Made by a program: the position numbers and the translations under genes
In this document: positions 44,986 to 53,089 of the stretch, one piece after another
How positions within the stretch are numbered: position 1 is the stretch's first letter
Layout of the letters: the number at the start of each line of letters is the position of its first letter
Assembly (NCBI GenBank): GCA_937128475.1
Contig: CAKZML010000245.1
Span: forward strand, 288-64,287
Reading direction: 5' to 3'
DNA from: an uncultured Chromatiales bacterium
GTDB lineage: Bacteria > Pseudomonadota > Gammaproteobacteria > Steroidobacterales > BM003
Length of the DNA stretch: 64,000 nucleotides
Notes under the pieces: generated by a model
What the model was told of the DNA's origin: nothing
The model's database searches: none
What the model saw: the letters and a program-made list of their open reading frames with translations, nothing else

Positions 44986-45753
44986 ATGGACATTTCCAAG
45001 GCCATAGCAGTGGTAACCGGAGGCGCCTCAGGACTGGGGCACGCCACCGCCCAGAGAATCGTCGCCGAAGGCGGGAAGGTCGCCCTGCTGGATGTGAACG
45101 AGGAGATGGGCCAGGCCGCAGCCAAAGAACTGGGTGACAGCGCGATTTTCATCCGCACTGACGTCAGTGATGAAGCCCAGGTTAACGCGGCAGTGGAAAA
45201 AGCCCATGCGCATTTTGGTGGACTGAACCTGGCCGTGAATTGCGCCGGTATCATTGGCGCCGGTCGTGTACTCGGTCGTGAAGCACCGATGGAAGGCAGC
45301 TTCTTTGCCCGAACCATCCAGATCAATCTCATTGGCAGCTTTTTGGTCGCCAAGGCTGCTGCCAACCTGATGCAGCACAACGAGCCTAACGAAGAAGGCG
45401 AGCGCGGCGTGATTATCAGCACCGCCTCCATCGCCGCATTTGAAGGCCAGATCGGCCAGGCCGCCTACTCGGCATCCAAGGGTGGCGTTGCCGCCATGGC
45501 CCTGCCCATGGCCCGTGAATTTGCCCGTATCGGGGTGCGCGTAAACACCATCGCTCCCGGCATCTTCATGACCCCCATGATGTCCGGTATGCCGGAAGAG
45601 GTGCAGAAGTCACTGGGTGCCCAGGTCCCCTTCCCATCCCGCCTTGGCCGTCCCGAAGAATATGCCGACACCGTCGCATTCATCTTTGGAACACCCATGC
45701 TGAACGCCGAGGTCATCCGGCTGGATGGCGCCATCAGGATGCAGCCCAAGTAG
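44986..45753 (+). CDS. short-chain dehydrogenase, 3-hydroxyacyl-CoA dehydrogenase type II-like
   Basis: Contains VTGGASGLG and YSASKGG. Overall resembles the HSD17B10/FadB2 type. Confidence 0.75.
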   Translation: MDISKAIAVVTGGASGLGHATAQRIVAEGGKVALLDVNEEMGQAAAKELGDSAIFIRTDVSDEAQVNAAVEKAHAHFGGLNLAVNCAGIIGAGRVLGREAPMEGSFFARTIQINLIGSFLVAKAAANLMQHNEPNEEGERGVIISTASIAAFEGQIGQAAYSASKGGVAAMALPMAREFARIGVRVNTIAPGIFMTPMMSGMPEEVQKSLGAQVPFPSRLGRPEEYADTVAFIFGTPMLNAEVIRLDGAIRMQPK

Positions 45754-45822
45754 CACCTAGCAGCGGCCGGGGGTCCGCCCCCGGTTACAGGTTTTGAATA
45801 CACGACAAAGAAGGGTTAGACC

Positions 45823-47424
45823 ATGAGTGAACGCGATGTCATGGAATACGATGTAGCGGTAATCGGAGCGGGTCCCGCCGGACTTGCCTACGCTATTCGT
45901 CTGAAGCAGATCAATCCGGAACGCATGATTTGCGTACTGGAGAAAGGCTCGGAAGTGGGTGCCCATGCCCTGTCCGGCGCAGTACTGGAGCCAGGCAGCC
46001 TGGACGAATTGCTGCCCGAGTGGCGGCAGAATCCACCCGCCATTTGCGTGCCGGCCAAGGACGATGTGTTCCTGAAGCTGAGCAAGACCGGCGCCATGAA
46101 ACTGCCCACGCCTCCCCAGCAGAACAACCATGGAAACTTCATCATTTCCCAGGGGCAGTTGACCAAGTGGATGGCCGATCAGGCCGAGGCACTTGAAGTC
46201 GACATCTTCCCTGGCTTTGCCGGTGCAGAAGCCCTGTTCGGTGAAAACAATGAAGTCATTGGCGTTCGAGTTGGCGACATGGGTCTGGAAAGTGATGGCA
46301 CGCCCGGACCGGCCTACACCGCCGGCGTGGACATTCACGCCAAGCTGACCGTGCTTGCCGAAGGCTGTCGCGGCAGTATCACCAAGCAATTGATCAAGCG
46401 CTACGAACTGGATGCCGGAAAGTCACCCCAGACCTATGGCCTGGGTTTCAAGGAACTCTGGCAGTTGCCCCCGGGACGTGTAAAACCCGGAAACATCCAG
46501 CACACCGTGGGCTGGCCCCTGGACAACAAGACCTATGGCGGCACCTTCCTGTACCACCTGGAGAATGACCAGGTGTACATCGGTTTCGTGGTCGGCCTGG
46601 ATTACCAGGACCCCAACCTTGCCCCCTTCGAGGCGTTCCAACAGTTCAAGCACCACCCCAAGGTCAAGGGACTGCTCGAAGGTGGTGAAGTCATTTCCAC
46701 CGGTGCCCGCACCCTGATCGAGGGTGGCTATCAGTCCATGCCCAAGCTGGAAATGCCTGGCGCCATGCTCATCGGCGATACCGCCGGCACTCTGAACGTA
46801 CCCAAGATCAAGGGCATTCATGTTGCCATCAGCTGCGGCATGCTGGCCGCCGAACGCACCGCCGAGACTCTCTCACCCGAAGGCTTCGACGAGGCATTCC
46901 GCGCCTCACCCAGCGGCCGCGAACTGTACAAGGTTCGCAATATCCGACCGGGCTTCAAGTGGGGCCTGTGGGGCGGCATGGTCAACGCGGGACTGGAAAC
47001 TGTATTCATGGGCAAACTGCCCTGGACGCTAAACCATCACGCCGACTGGTCCAGCATGAAGAAGCTGGAAGGCTACAACGAGCCGAAGAAGGATTACGTG
47101 GACCGGAGCCTGGCTCCCAGGGACCGCCTGGCATCAGTGTATTTTGCCGGCAACGCCCACGAAGAATCCCAACCGGTACACCTGAAGGTCGCTGACCTGG
47201 ATTTGTGCAGCACCCGCTGCGCCCAGGAATATGGCAACCCGTGCACCCGCTTCTGCCCGGCAGGAGTGTACGAGATGGTGGATAACGATGCAGGCGGCCA
47301 GAAACTGCAGATCAATGCCTCGAACTGTGTGCATTGCAAGGCCTGCGACATCAAGGATCCCTACGAGCAAATCACCTGGGTTACCCCCGAAGGTGGCTCC
47401 GGCCCGAACTACGGCAGCATGTAG
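45823..47424 (+). CDS. electron transfer flavoprotein-ubiquinone oxidoreductase
   Basis: 533 aa. FAD fold VIGAGPAGLA and C-terminal 4Fe-4S motif CVHCKACD. Confidence 0.93.
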   Translation: MSERDVMEYDVAVIGAGPAGLAYAIRLKQINPERMICVLEKGSEVGAHALSGAVLEPGSLDELLPEWRQNPPAICVPAKDDVFLKLSKTGAMKLPTPPQQNNHGNFIISQGQLTKWMADQAEALEVDIFPGFAGAEALFGENNEVIGVRVGDMGLESDGTPGPAYTAGVDIHAKLTVLAEGCRGSITKQLIKRYELDAGKSPQTYGLGFKELWQLPPGRVKPGNIQHTVGWPLDNKTYGGTFLYHLENDQVYIGFVVGLDYQDPNLAPFEAFQQFKHHPKVKGLLEGGEVISTGARTLIEGGYQSMPKLEMPGAMLIGDTAGTLNVPKIKGIHVAISCGMLAAERTAETLSPEGFDEAFRASPSGRELYKVRNIRPGFKWGLWGGMVNAGLETVFMGKLPWTLNHHADWSSMKKLEGYNEPKKDYVDRSLAPRDRLASVYFAGNAHEESQPVHLKVADLDLCSTRCAQEYGNPCTRFCPAGVYEMVDNDAGGQKLQINASNCVHCKACDIKDPYEQITWVTPEGGSGPNYGSM

Positions 47425-47438
47425 AGATCCCAGCAAAC

Positions 47439-47474
47439 AACCGGGGGCTGCATCCAGCGGCCCCCGGTTTTTTT
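47439..47474 (+). terminator. rho-independent terminator after the ETF-QO gene
   Basis: AACCGGGGG...CCCCCGGTT stem followed by TTTTT. Confidence 0.8.
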
Positions 47475-47554
47475 ATGCCCGGAGGAAGCTTTGGCCCAAC
47501 CATGGCCGCCCATGCTGATAGAATCCTCAGCAGACAGGTTGAACCGGATTAACA

Positions 47555-48649
47555 GTGAGCAATCACACCCCGACACAAGACACTTCGCTCCCTCAGCAGA
47601 TCGTCCTGGACGACTGCCAGCTGAAGGTAGAGAGCGCGCTGCAAGAACTGGCCAGTGCTCTTGAGCGGGCCAAACCGCGACGCCAGCCCGGCTTCGTGGG
47701 ACGCCTGCTGGGCAGGCGCACCTCCATCACCCCGGTTCGCGGCCTGTATGTCTGGGGTACGGTGGGTCGCGGCAAGACCATGCTGATGGACCGCTTTTAT
47801 GAACAGCTCAATGTGCCTTACAAGATGCGCAGTCACTTCCATCGCTTCATGCATGAAGTCCACGGCGAGCTCAAGCAATTGAAAAACTTCGAGGACCCCC
47901 TGGAAGAAGTTGCCGAGCGACTGGCACTGAAAGCGCGGGTTATTTGTTTCGATGAGTTTTTTGTCAACGATATTGCCGACGCGATGATCCTGGGCACTTT
48001 GTTCGAGGCCTTGTTCCGTCGCGGTGTCACCCTGGTTACCACCTCAAACGTTCCGCCGGCGCAACTCTACCGGGACGGTCTGCAGCGCCAGCGCTTCCTG
48101 CCGGCTATCGCCCAGTTGCAAACTCACACCAAGGTGCTGGAATTGGGTGCCGGCGTGGATTATCGGCTTCGCGTTCTTGAGCAAGCTGAAATCTATCACT
48201 ACCCCCTGGATGCCCAGGCGGACACAAACCTGGAAATGTATTTCCAGGCCATTGCCCCGGACGAGGCCAAACAGGACGTACCCCTGGCGTTGAATGATCG
48301 CCAGGTAAGCGCCCGGGCGCTGGCTGATGGTGTGGTGTGGTTCGATTTCCAGGCTATTTGTGGAGGACCACGCAGCCAGGAGGATTACATCGAACTTGCC
48401 CGTTGTTTCCAAACGGTAATGGTCTCGCGCATTCCCCAACTCACCCGTGACAACGAGGATGAGGCGCGCCGCTTCATCGCCCTGGTGGACGAATTTTACG
48501 ACCGGAACGTGAAGCTGATTGTCTCCGCCGCCAGTCCCCTGGAAGAGCTTTACCAGGGCAAGAAGCTGGAGTTTGAATTTCAGCGCACCTGCAGTCGCAT
48601 GCGGGAAATGCAAAGCCACGACTTCCTGGCCAGGCCTCACCTGCCGTGA
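47555..48649 (+). CDS. zapE: AFG1-like ATPase ZapE
   Basis: GTG start. Walker A GTVGRGKTMLMD and Walker B VICFDEF. Confidence 0.85.
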   Translation: MSNHTPTQDTSLPQQIVLDDCQLKVESALQELASALERAKPRRQPGFVGRLLGRRTSITPVRGLYVWGTVGRGKTMLMDRFYEQLNVPYKMRSHFHRFMHEVHGELKQLKNFEDPLEEVAERLALKARVICFDEFFVNDIADAMILGTLFEALFRRGVTLVTTSNVPPAQLYRDGLQRQRFLPAIAQLQTHTKVLELGAGVDYRLRVLEQAEIYHYPLDAQADTNLEMYFQAIAPDEAKQDVPLALNDRQVSARALADGVVWFDFQAICGGPRSQEDYIELARCFQTVMVSRIPQLTRDNEDEARRFIALVDEFYDRNVKLIVSAASPLEELYQGKKLEFEFQRTCSRMREMQSHDFLARPHLP

Positions 48650-49194
48650 GTAAATCCGGGACTCCCCCAGGCGGATACTCCAGTTGGCCACGCTGGGTCC
48701 GCTGGCCCCTGGAAGCAGGGGTATTTCTCCTGGTGTTTTTCCTTATTCAGCAATGGCAGGCCAGTAAATTACTTCCGGTGGATGAACTACAACCAGCACC
48801 CGCCCTCCAGGGCTCGCTTCTGGTTGGGGGTGAACTGGATATTGCCTCGTTGCGAGGACGTCCAACCCTGGTGTATTTCTTCGCCCCGTGGTGCAAGGTC
48901 TGCGCCTTCAGCGCGCCTAGCCTGAAGGGACTCCGGGAAGCCTATTCTTCGGATGAACTTGGCATCGTCATGGTGGCCCTGTCCTATGACAGCATTGAAT
49001 CAGTTCGGGAGTTTCGGGCCCGGCACGATCTGGACATTCCAATCCTTCTGGGGGACCAGGCGATAGCTACCCGCTGGAATGTATTCGGCTTCCCCACCTA
49101 TTACGTGCTTGATAGCCAGGGGCATGTAGCCAGCCGGGATTACGGCCTTACGACCATGCCGGGGCTCCGACTAAGGGTGCTTGGCACCGACTAG
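48646..49194 (+). CDS. membrane-anchored TlpA/redoxin-family thioredoxin
   Basis: The GTG start overlaps the zapE stop (GTGA). N-terminal TM and thioredoxin fold with WCKVC. Confidence 0.75.
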   Translation: MSKSGTPPGGYSSWPRWVRWPLEAGVFLLVFFLIQQWQASKLLPVDELQPAPALQGSLLVGGELDIASLRGRPTLVYFFAPWCKVCAFSAPSLKGLREAYSSDELGIVMVALSYDSIESVREFRARHDLDIPILLGDQAIATRWNVFGFPTYYVLDSQGHVASRDYGLTTMPGLRLRVLGTD

Positions 49195-49276
49195 TATCGA
49201 GCAAGATTGTTGCAGTCATATCAGGTGACCTTTAAGCTGGTCTGGAGGTTGTCTACACTTCAGGGAAAGGGAACGG

Positions 49277-49666
49277 ATGCCCATCATCAACGTCATCGAC
49301 GAACAAGCAGGCCGGGTAATCTCCGAGGTTTCCGGAGACTTCACGATTGAAGAGATCGTGAAGGCAATTTCCGGATCCGTACAAGACCCCCGCTTCAGAC
49401 CCGGCTTCCACATCCTGTCGGACCACACTTCCGTGGGAGCACCCCTTACGACGATCCAGGCAAAACAAATGATGGCGCACCTGGAAACCTTGAGCAAACA
49501 CCTGAGGGGATCGCGCTGGGCAGTGGTAACCACCAAAGCAGCATCCTATGGCATGTTCCGAATGACATCCGTGTTGGCTGAAAGGATTCCCATGGAAATC
49601 CAGGTATTTCACTCTCACGAGGATGCCGAGGCTTGGCTTACGAGCAACGACTCCGAGTCCTCGTGA
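49277..49666 (+). CDS. hypothetical cytoplasmic protein (129 aa, Cys-free, STAS-like by impression only)
   Basis: Clean ORF with the purine-rich GGGAAAGGGAACGG ahead of the ATG. No motif I can name with confidence. Confidence 0.5.
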   Translation: MPIINVIDEQAGRVISEVSGDFTIEEIVKAISGSVQDPRFRPGFHILSDHTSVGAPLTTIQAKQMMAHLETLSKHLRGSRWAVVTTKAASYGMFRMTSVLAERIPMEIQVFHSHEDAEAWLTSNDSESS

Positions 49667-49685
49667 CCGGCCCCTGGTAACCAGG

Positions 49686-50072
49686 ATGTACTTGATAGCG
49701 TTGTTTGGACTTGTACTGATCAGCCTGAGCGCGATGATGGTGAGTTGCCCCGCCTGTTGGGCGAGAGGCATCGTCCGTTTTAGCGAAACAGCCTATTTCC
49801 ACCCATTCGAAATTTTAAGCCGACTGGCTTTCGGCGCTATCTTTATTAGCTATGCACCGCAGACAGCTTACCCACCACTAATGCAGGCCATTGGCTATAT
49901 TTTGATTACGGTGGGCTTGGGACTATTGCTGACACCGCCTTCGCGACACAAACAGTTCGCAGTATGGTCCGCGGATAAATTCGAAACCCTGTTTCGACCA
50001 GCCGGGATTATCTCAATGGGATTCGGAGTATTTATTGTATTTGCTGCGATTAGCGGACCGGAGTCTTGGTAA
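49686..50072 (+). CDS. small integral membrane protein with a CPAC motif after TM1
   Basis: ORF 49623..50072 trimmed to MYLIALFGLVLISLSAMMVSCPACW. About four hydrophobic segments. Confidence 0.5.
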   Translation: MYLIALFGLVLISLSAMMVSCPACWARGIVRFSETAYFHPFEILSRLAFGAIFISYAPQTAYPPLMQAIGYILITVGLGLLLTPPSRHKQFAVWSADKFETLFRPAGIISMGFGVFIVFAAISGPESW

Positions 50073-50273
50073 GGGAGGCAAAAAGTAGTATCCGGTGACT
50101 CCCAAAGTAAACGGACCGGGTATAGCCGGGACAGCCAGGAGTCGGGCTGACACCCTTCAAAGATGTCAGAGCAACCATTACACTCAGCAGATCAGGAAAA
50201 TTAATCCGCTGTTCACCGATCCTGCCTCAGGGAGAGCAGCGGATAACTGGCAGAGCCATAGAAAGGAAGCGCC

Positions 50274-51371
50274 ATGAACAAACCTGTAAAACTCTTTCTT
50301 CTTACCAGTCTGTTGCTTGTCGTTGTACAAAGCGCAGACGCAAGAACTTATCCCAAGTTGACCGATGAGCAGTCAGCGGCGACCGCGAAGAACTACCAGC
50401 AGTATTGTGCCTTGTGTCATGGCGCGGATCGCCAGGGACATGTGAATGACCACGCCCCGTCACTGCGGTCAAAGTCACTGCTGGAAACCGGCGTACAAGA
50501 ACGCCGAATGGTCATCGGCTATGGTCGACCGGGAACCCCGATGGCCGGATTTTTCGATGAACTCGGCGGCCCCTTGAGTAAAGCCGATATTTATCAAATG
50601 GCAGTCTGGCTGCAGGAACAGATTGGCACCCAGGAGAAAAACCTCTCAATGGGGACCGTGGAAGGAGACGTAAGCCTGGGCAAGGCGCTATACGCCAGGG
50701 AATGTACCGAATGCCACGGTGCCAAAGGTGAAGGAGTAACCGGAACCGCGCTGGGCAACCAGGCCATGCTTTCCATGACCCGCGACAAGTTTATCCGGCA
50801 CGCTATCGAAAACGGCCGCCAGGGCACCGAGATGCCGGCTTTCGGCGAGAAGCTCAGCCCTGAGGAACTCGATGGCCTGACCGCATTCATACGCAGCCGT
50901 GCAACCGGATGGGAGGTCCGCATACCGGTATTGCGCAGACCGCCTCGTGTAGAAGACTACATCCTCAATCCGGAAGGCGACTCTCCGGAGTTCACGCTCA
51001 AAGACGATCGCTACATCATGTCCAAGGACTTGTACGAAGCCATGCAAAGCAAGAAGCGCATGGTGTTGCTGGATACCCGGGCGATGTCGCTGTGGCAAAT
51101 GGCCAATATCGAAGGCTCGGTTCCCATGCCCTACTATTACGAAGATGTCTCAGATCTCGCCCAGGACTTGCCCAGGGATGGCACCTGGATTGTGACCTAT
51201 TGCGAATGCCCCCGGGCAGCTGCGGAGCACGTTAACCAGAAACTGGTAAAGCTGGGCTTCACGAATACCGCCGTTTTATGGGAAGGGGCCTATGGCTGGA
51301 TTTCCCTGGGCTACCCGGTAACTCCCGGCGACACCACGCCGGCGGACACCAGCGCACTGCAAATGGAGTAG
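50274..51371 (+). CDS. periplasmic dihaem c-type cytochrome fused to a C-terminal rhodanese domain
   Basis: Signal peptide, two CxxCH motifs (CALCHG, CTECHG), and a C-terminal rhodanese fold (RMVLLDTR...IEGSV...WIVTYCECPRAAAEHV...GFTNTAVLWEGAYGW). Confidence 0.75.
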   Translation: MNKPVKLFLLTSLLLVVVQSADARTYPKLTDEQSAATAKNYQQYCALCHGADRQGHVNDHAPSLRSKSLLETGVQERRMVIGYGRPGTPMAGFFDELGGPLSKADIYQMAVWLQEQIGTQEKNLSMGTVEGDVSLGKALYARECTECHGAKGEGVTGTALGNQAMLSMTRDKFIRHAIENGRQGTEMPAFGEKLSPEELDGLTAFIRSRATGWEVRIPVLRRPPRVEDYILNPEGDSPEFTLKDDRYIMSKDLYEAMQSKKRMVLLDTRAMSLWQMANIEGSVPMPYYYEDVSDLAQDLPRDGTWIVTYCECPRAAAEHVNQKLVKLGFTNTAVLWEGAYGWISLGYPVTPGDTTPADTSALQME

Positions 51372-51393
51372 CGAAGCTCCACGGCAAACAGGC

Positions 51394-51422
51394 AAAAAAA
51401 ACGCCCCGTGAGGGGCGTTTTT
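51394..51422. terminator. bidirectional rho-independent terminator
   Basis: AAAAAAAACGCCCC-gtga-GGGGCGTTTTT between convergent genes. Confidence 0.85.
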
Positions 51423-51426
51423 AATT

Positions 51427-51711
51427 CTACTTGCTCTTTTTCGGCGTTGGCACCAGGTTTACACGACCTCGTTTACCCGATCGTCGTTCATTCAACAAGG
51501 CGACAATTTCCTCTACCGCCTTAGTCACGACCTTGAGTTTCCCCTGGCGATGACCCTCGATTAAATTTGCACCCTGGGCAATTTCGTAGCGATGCCAATC
51601 CTTTCCTTCAGTGCCCTCCGGAGCATCCACCGGCTTTACTGACAAAATCTCGTAATGCTGAGAATTTGTCGGGGTTGGAGTTGGAGTTGGAGTTGGAGTT
51701 TGATCAGCCAT
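51427..51711 (-). CDS. small hypothetical protein with N-terminal (Thr-Pro)5 repeat and basic C-terminal tail
   Basis: 94 aa, reading MADQTPTPTPTPTPTNSQHYEILSV...LNERRSGKRGRVNLVPTPKKSK. AGGAG lies 13 nt upstream. Confidence 0.6.
   Translation of the reverse strand: MADQTPTPTPTPTPTNSQHYEILSVKPVDAPEGTEGKDWHRYEIAQGANLIEGHRQGKLKVVTKAVEEIVALLNERRSGKRGRVNLVPTPKKSK
51670..51699. repeat. hexanucleotide tandem repeat (TGGAGT x4 perfect plus one degenerate unit) encoding the TP repeat
   Basis: Read directly from the sequence: cggggt tggagt tggagt tggagt tggagt. Confidence 0.9.
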
Positions 51712-51757
51712 CTGAGGTCACATTCTCCTAATCGAGCTATCCGTTAGGAAGCCCGCC

Positions 51758-51790
51758 AAAAAGGAAACAAGGGAAGCCAGTAGCACTGGC
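51758..51790 (-). terminator. putative terminator after the RRM gene
   Basis: Minus strand reads GCCAGT-gct-ACTGGC followed by TTCCCTTGTTTCCTTTTT. Confidence 0.5.
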
Positions 51791-51799
51791 AAGCGCCTA

Positions 51800-52105
51800 C
51801 TACCAGCGATTGCCGCCACCAAAGCCGCCACGACCGCCGCCGCCACCGGAACGTTTTTCCATGGGCTTGGCGATGTTGACTTTCATAGGACGACCGTCGT
51901 AATCGGTACCGTCAAGTGCGTCGATTGCTGCCTGGGCTTCAGCCTGGTTAGCCATTTCAACGAATCCAAAACCTTTGCTACGGCCGGTGTCACGATCAGT
52001 AATGACCTTTGCTGATTCAACACTGCCGAACTCAGAAAACTTCTCAGTAAGAGTTTCTTCAGTAGCCGAATAGGGCAGATTGCCCACATACAATTTCTTA
52101 TCCAC
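51800..52105 (-). CDS. RRM-type RNA-binding protein with glycine-rich tail
   Basis: GTG start with AGGGGA upstream. RNP2 LYVGNL, RNP1 KGFGFVEM, and C-terminal GGGGGRGGFGGGNRW. Confidence 0.9.
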   Translation of the reverse strand: MDKKLYVGNLPYSATEETLTEKFSEFGSVESAKVITDRDTGRSKGFGFVEMANQAEAQAAIDALDGTDYDGRPMKVNIAKPMEKRSGGGGGRGGFGGGNRW

Positions 52106-52339
52106 AGATATCCCCTAAATAGTTAAATTCCGCATATCAGAGGACCTGGTCAAGAAACGGCCGAAGACTCAATGGAGCGGGTTGACCCGGTATTGTACGC
52201 CTAATTGCTTGTTAGTCGTATATTAATTCTGGCTTTTGGGGCAAAGAATCAGGTTGATCAAACCATGTAAGACAGTCCCCCTGCGCTCGCCAGCAGGCTC
52301 ATTCCGCACAAGACTCACTCCAAGCCCTCTCCACCGTCA

Positions 52340-52570
52340 CTATTTGACGGCCCCTTCCCGGTACTGGAACACCTCTTCCAGGGGCAGCTTGAACGCCAGG
52401 GCAATGCGGAAGGCGACTTCAAGTGATGGGGAATACTTGTTCCTTTCTATGGCGTGGACCGTCTGGCGGGTGACCCCCACCAGTTCAGCCAGTTCAGCCT
52501 GGGTCATTTCGTCGCGCTCAAAGCGTAGTGCGCGTACCCGGTTAGTGATGAACGATCCTGCCTTGCCCAC
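52340..52570 (-). CDS. XRE-family HTH transcriptional regulator (~76 aa)
   Basis: ORF trimmed to GTG 52570, 1 nt after the stop of the upstream membrane gene. HTH reads MTQAELAELVGVTRQTVHAIERNKYSPSLEVAFRIA. Confidence 0.75.
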   Translation of the reverse strand: MGKAGSFITNRVRALRFERDEMTQAELAELVGVTRQTVHAIERNKYSPSLEVAFRIALAFKLPLEEVFQYREGAVK

Positions 52571-52571
52571 A

Positions 52572-52991
52572 TCAAACTCCCTGGCGGTAGTAATACAGCC
52601 GTGACAGGGATTCCAGCAACTGGGATAGCACAAGTGTGGCCAGCAGAACATGGACAAACCAGAAATTACCATCGGTGAGCAGCGCACTGATAATGGCCGT
52701 CACGGAACCCGCCGCCAACAGAAAATGGGCATTCTGGGTGCTTTTCAGGGTAATCAGCTTGTCACGTTCGTCATCGGGTACCGCGTCTGATCGATTTTGT
52801 ACTTCAAGGGCGATGGCCCCGACTACGAAAATCACGATCAACAGCACCAGCAATCCGACAAACAAGGTTACCTGCCCGGTGGAGATATCCGAACCGCTGG
52901 GTGGCAACACCCGGGAGAAGTAATAGCCATACACCACCAACAATCCCACGATGACAACATATTCATATTTTTCACGAAAACTCAGGTCCAT
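52572..52991 (-). CDS. four-TM membrane protein (DUF2178-like by context)
   Basis: 139 aa with four hydrophobic segments. Paired with a short XRE regulator, a recurrent two-gene arrangement. Confidence 0.6.
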   Translation of the reverse strand: MDLSFREKYEYVVIVGLLVVYGYYFSRVLPPSGSDISTGQVTLFVGLLVLLIVIFVVGAIALEVQNRSDAVPDDERDKLITLKSTQNAHFLLAAGSVTAIISALLTDGNFWFVHVLLATLVLSQLLESLSRLYYYRQGV

Positions 52992-53060
52992 CTTCGTCTC
53001 CTGCGGCCAGAACCGCCCTGCCCCGGCGGATACAAGTAAAATATAGTAGTCTTTATGTAA

Positions 53061-53089
53061 AAATTACTGTACATCTCTATCCATGTCAA
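53061..53089 (-). promoter_or_regulatory. putative sigma70 promoter of the membrane-protein/HTH operon
   Basis: Minus strand reads TTGACA-17 nt-TAATTT in an AT-rich island. Flanked and overlapped by TGTAA/TTACA half-site inverted repeats (TTACATCAAGGTTGTAA at 53097-53113, ATGTA-N10-TACAT at 53055-53074). Confidence 0.45.

Noticed and set aside
50095-50277. 60-codon ORF upstream of the cytochrome-rhodanese gene, and 60-codon ORF 54210-54392
   Set aside because: Each has a GTG or weak start and no SD. Their composition looks non-coding, and neither shows a motif. They are kept only as parts of the intergenic regions flagged above.
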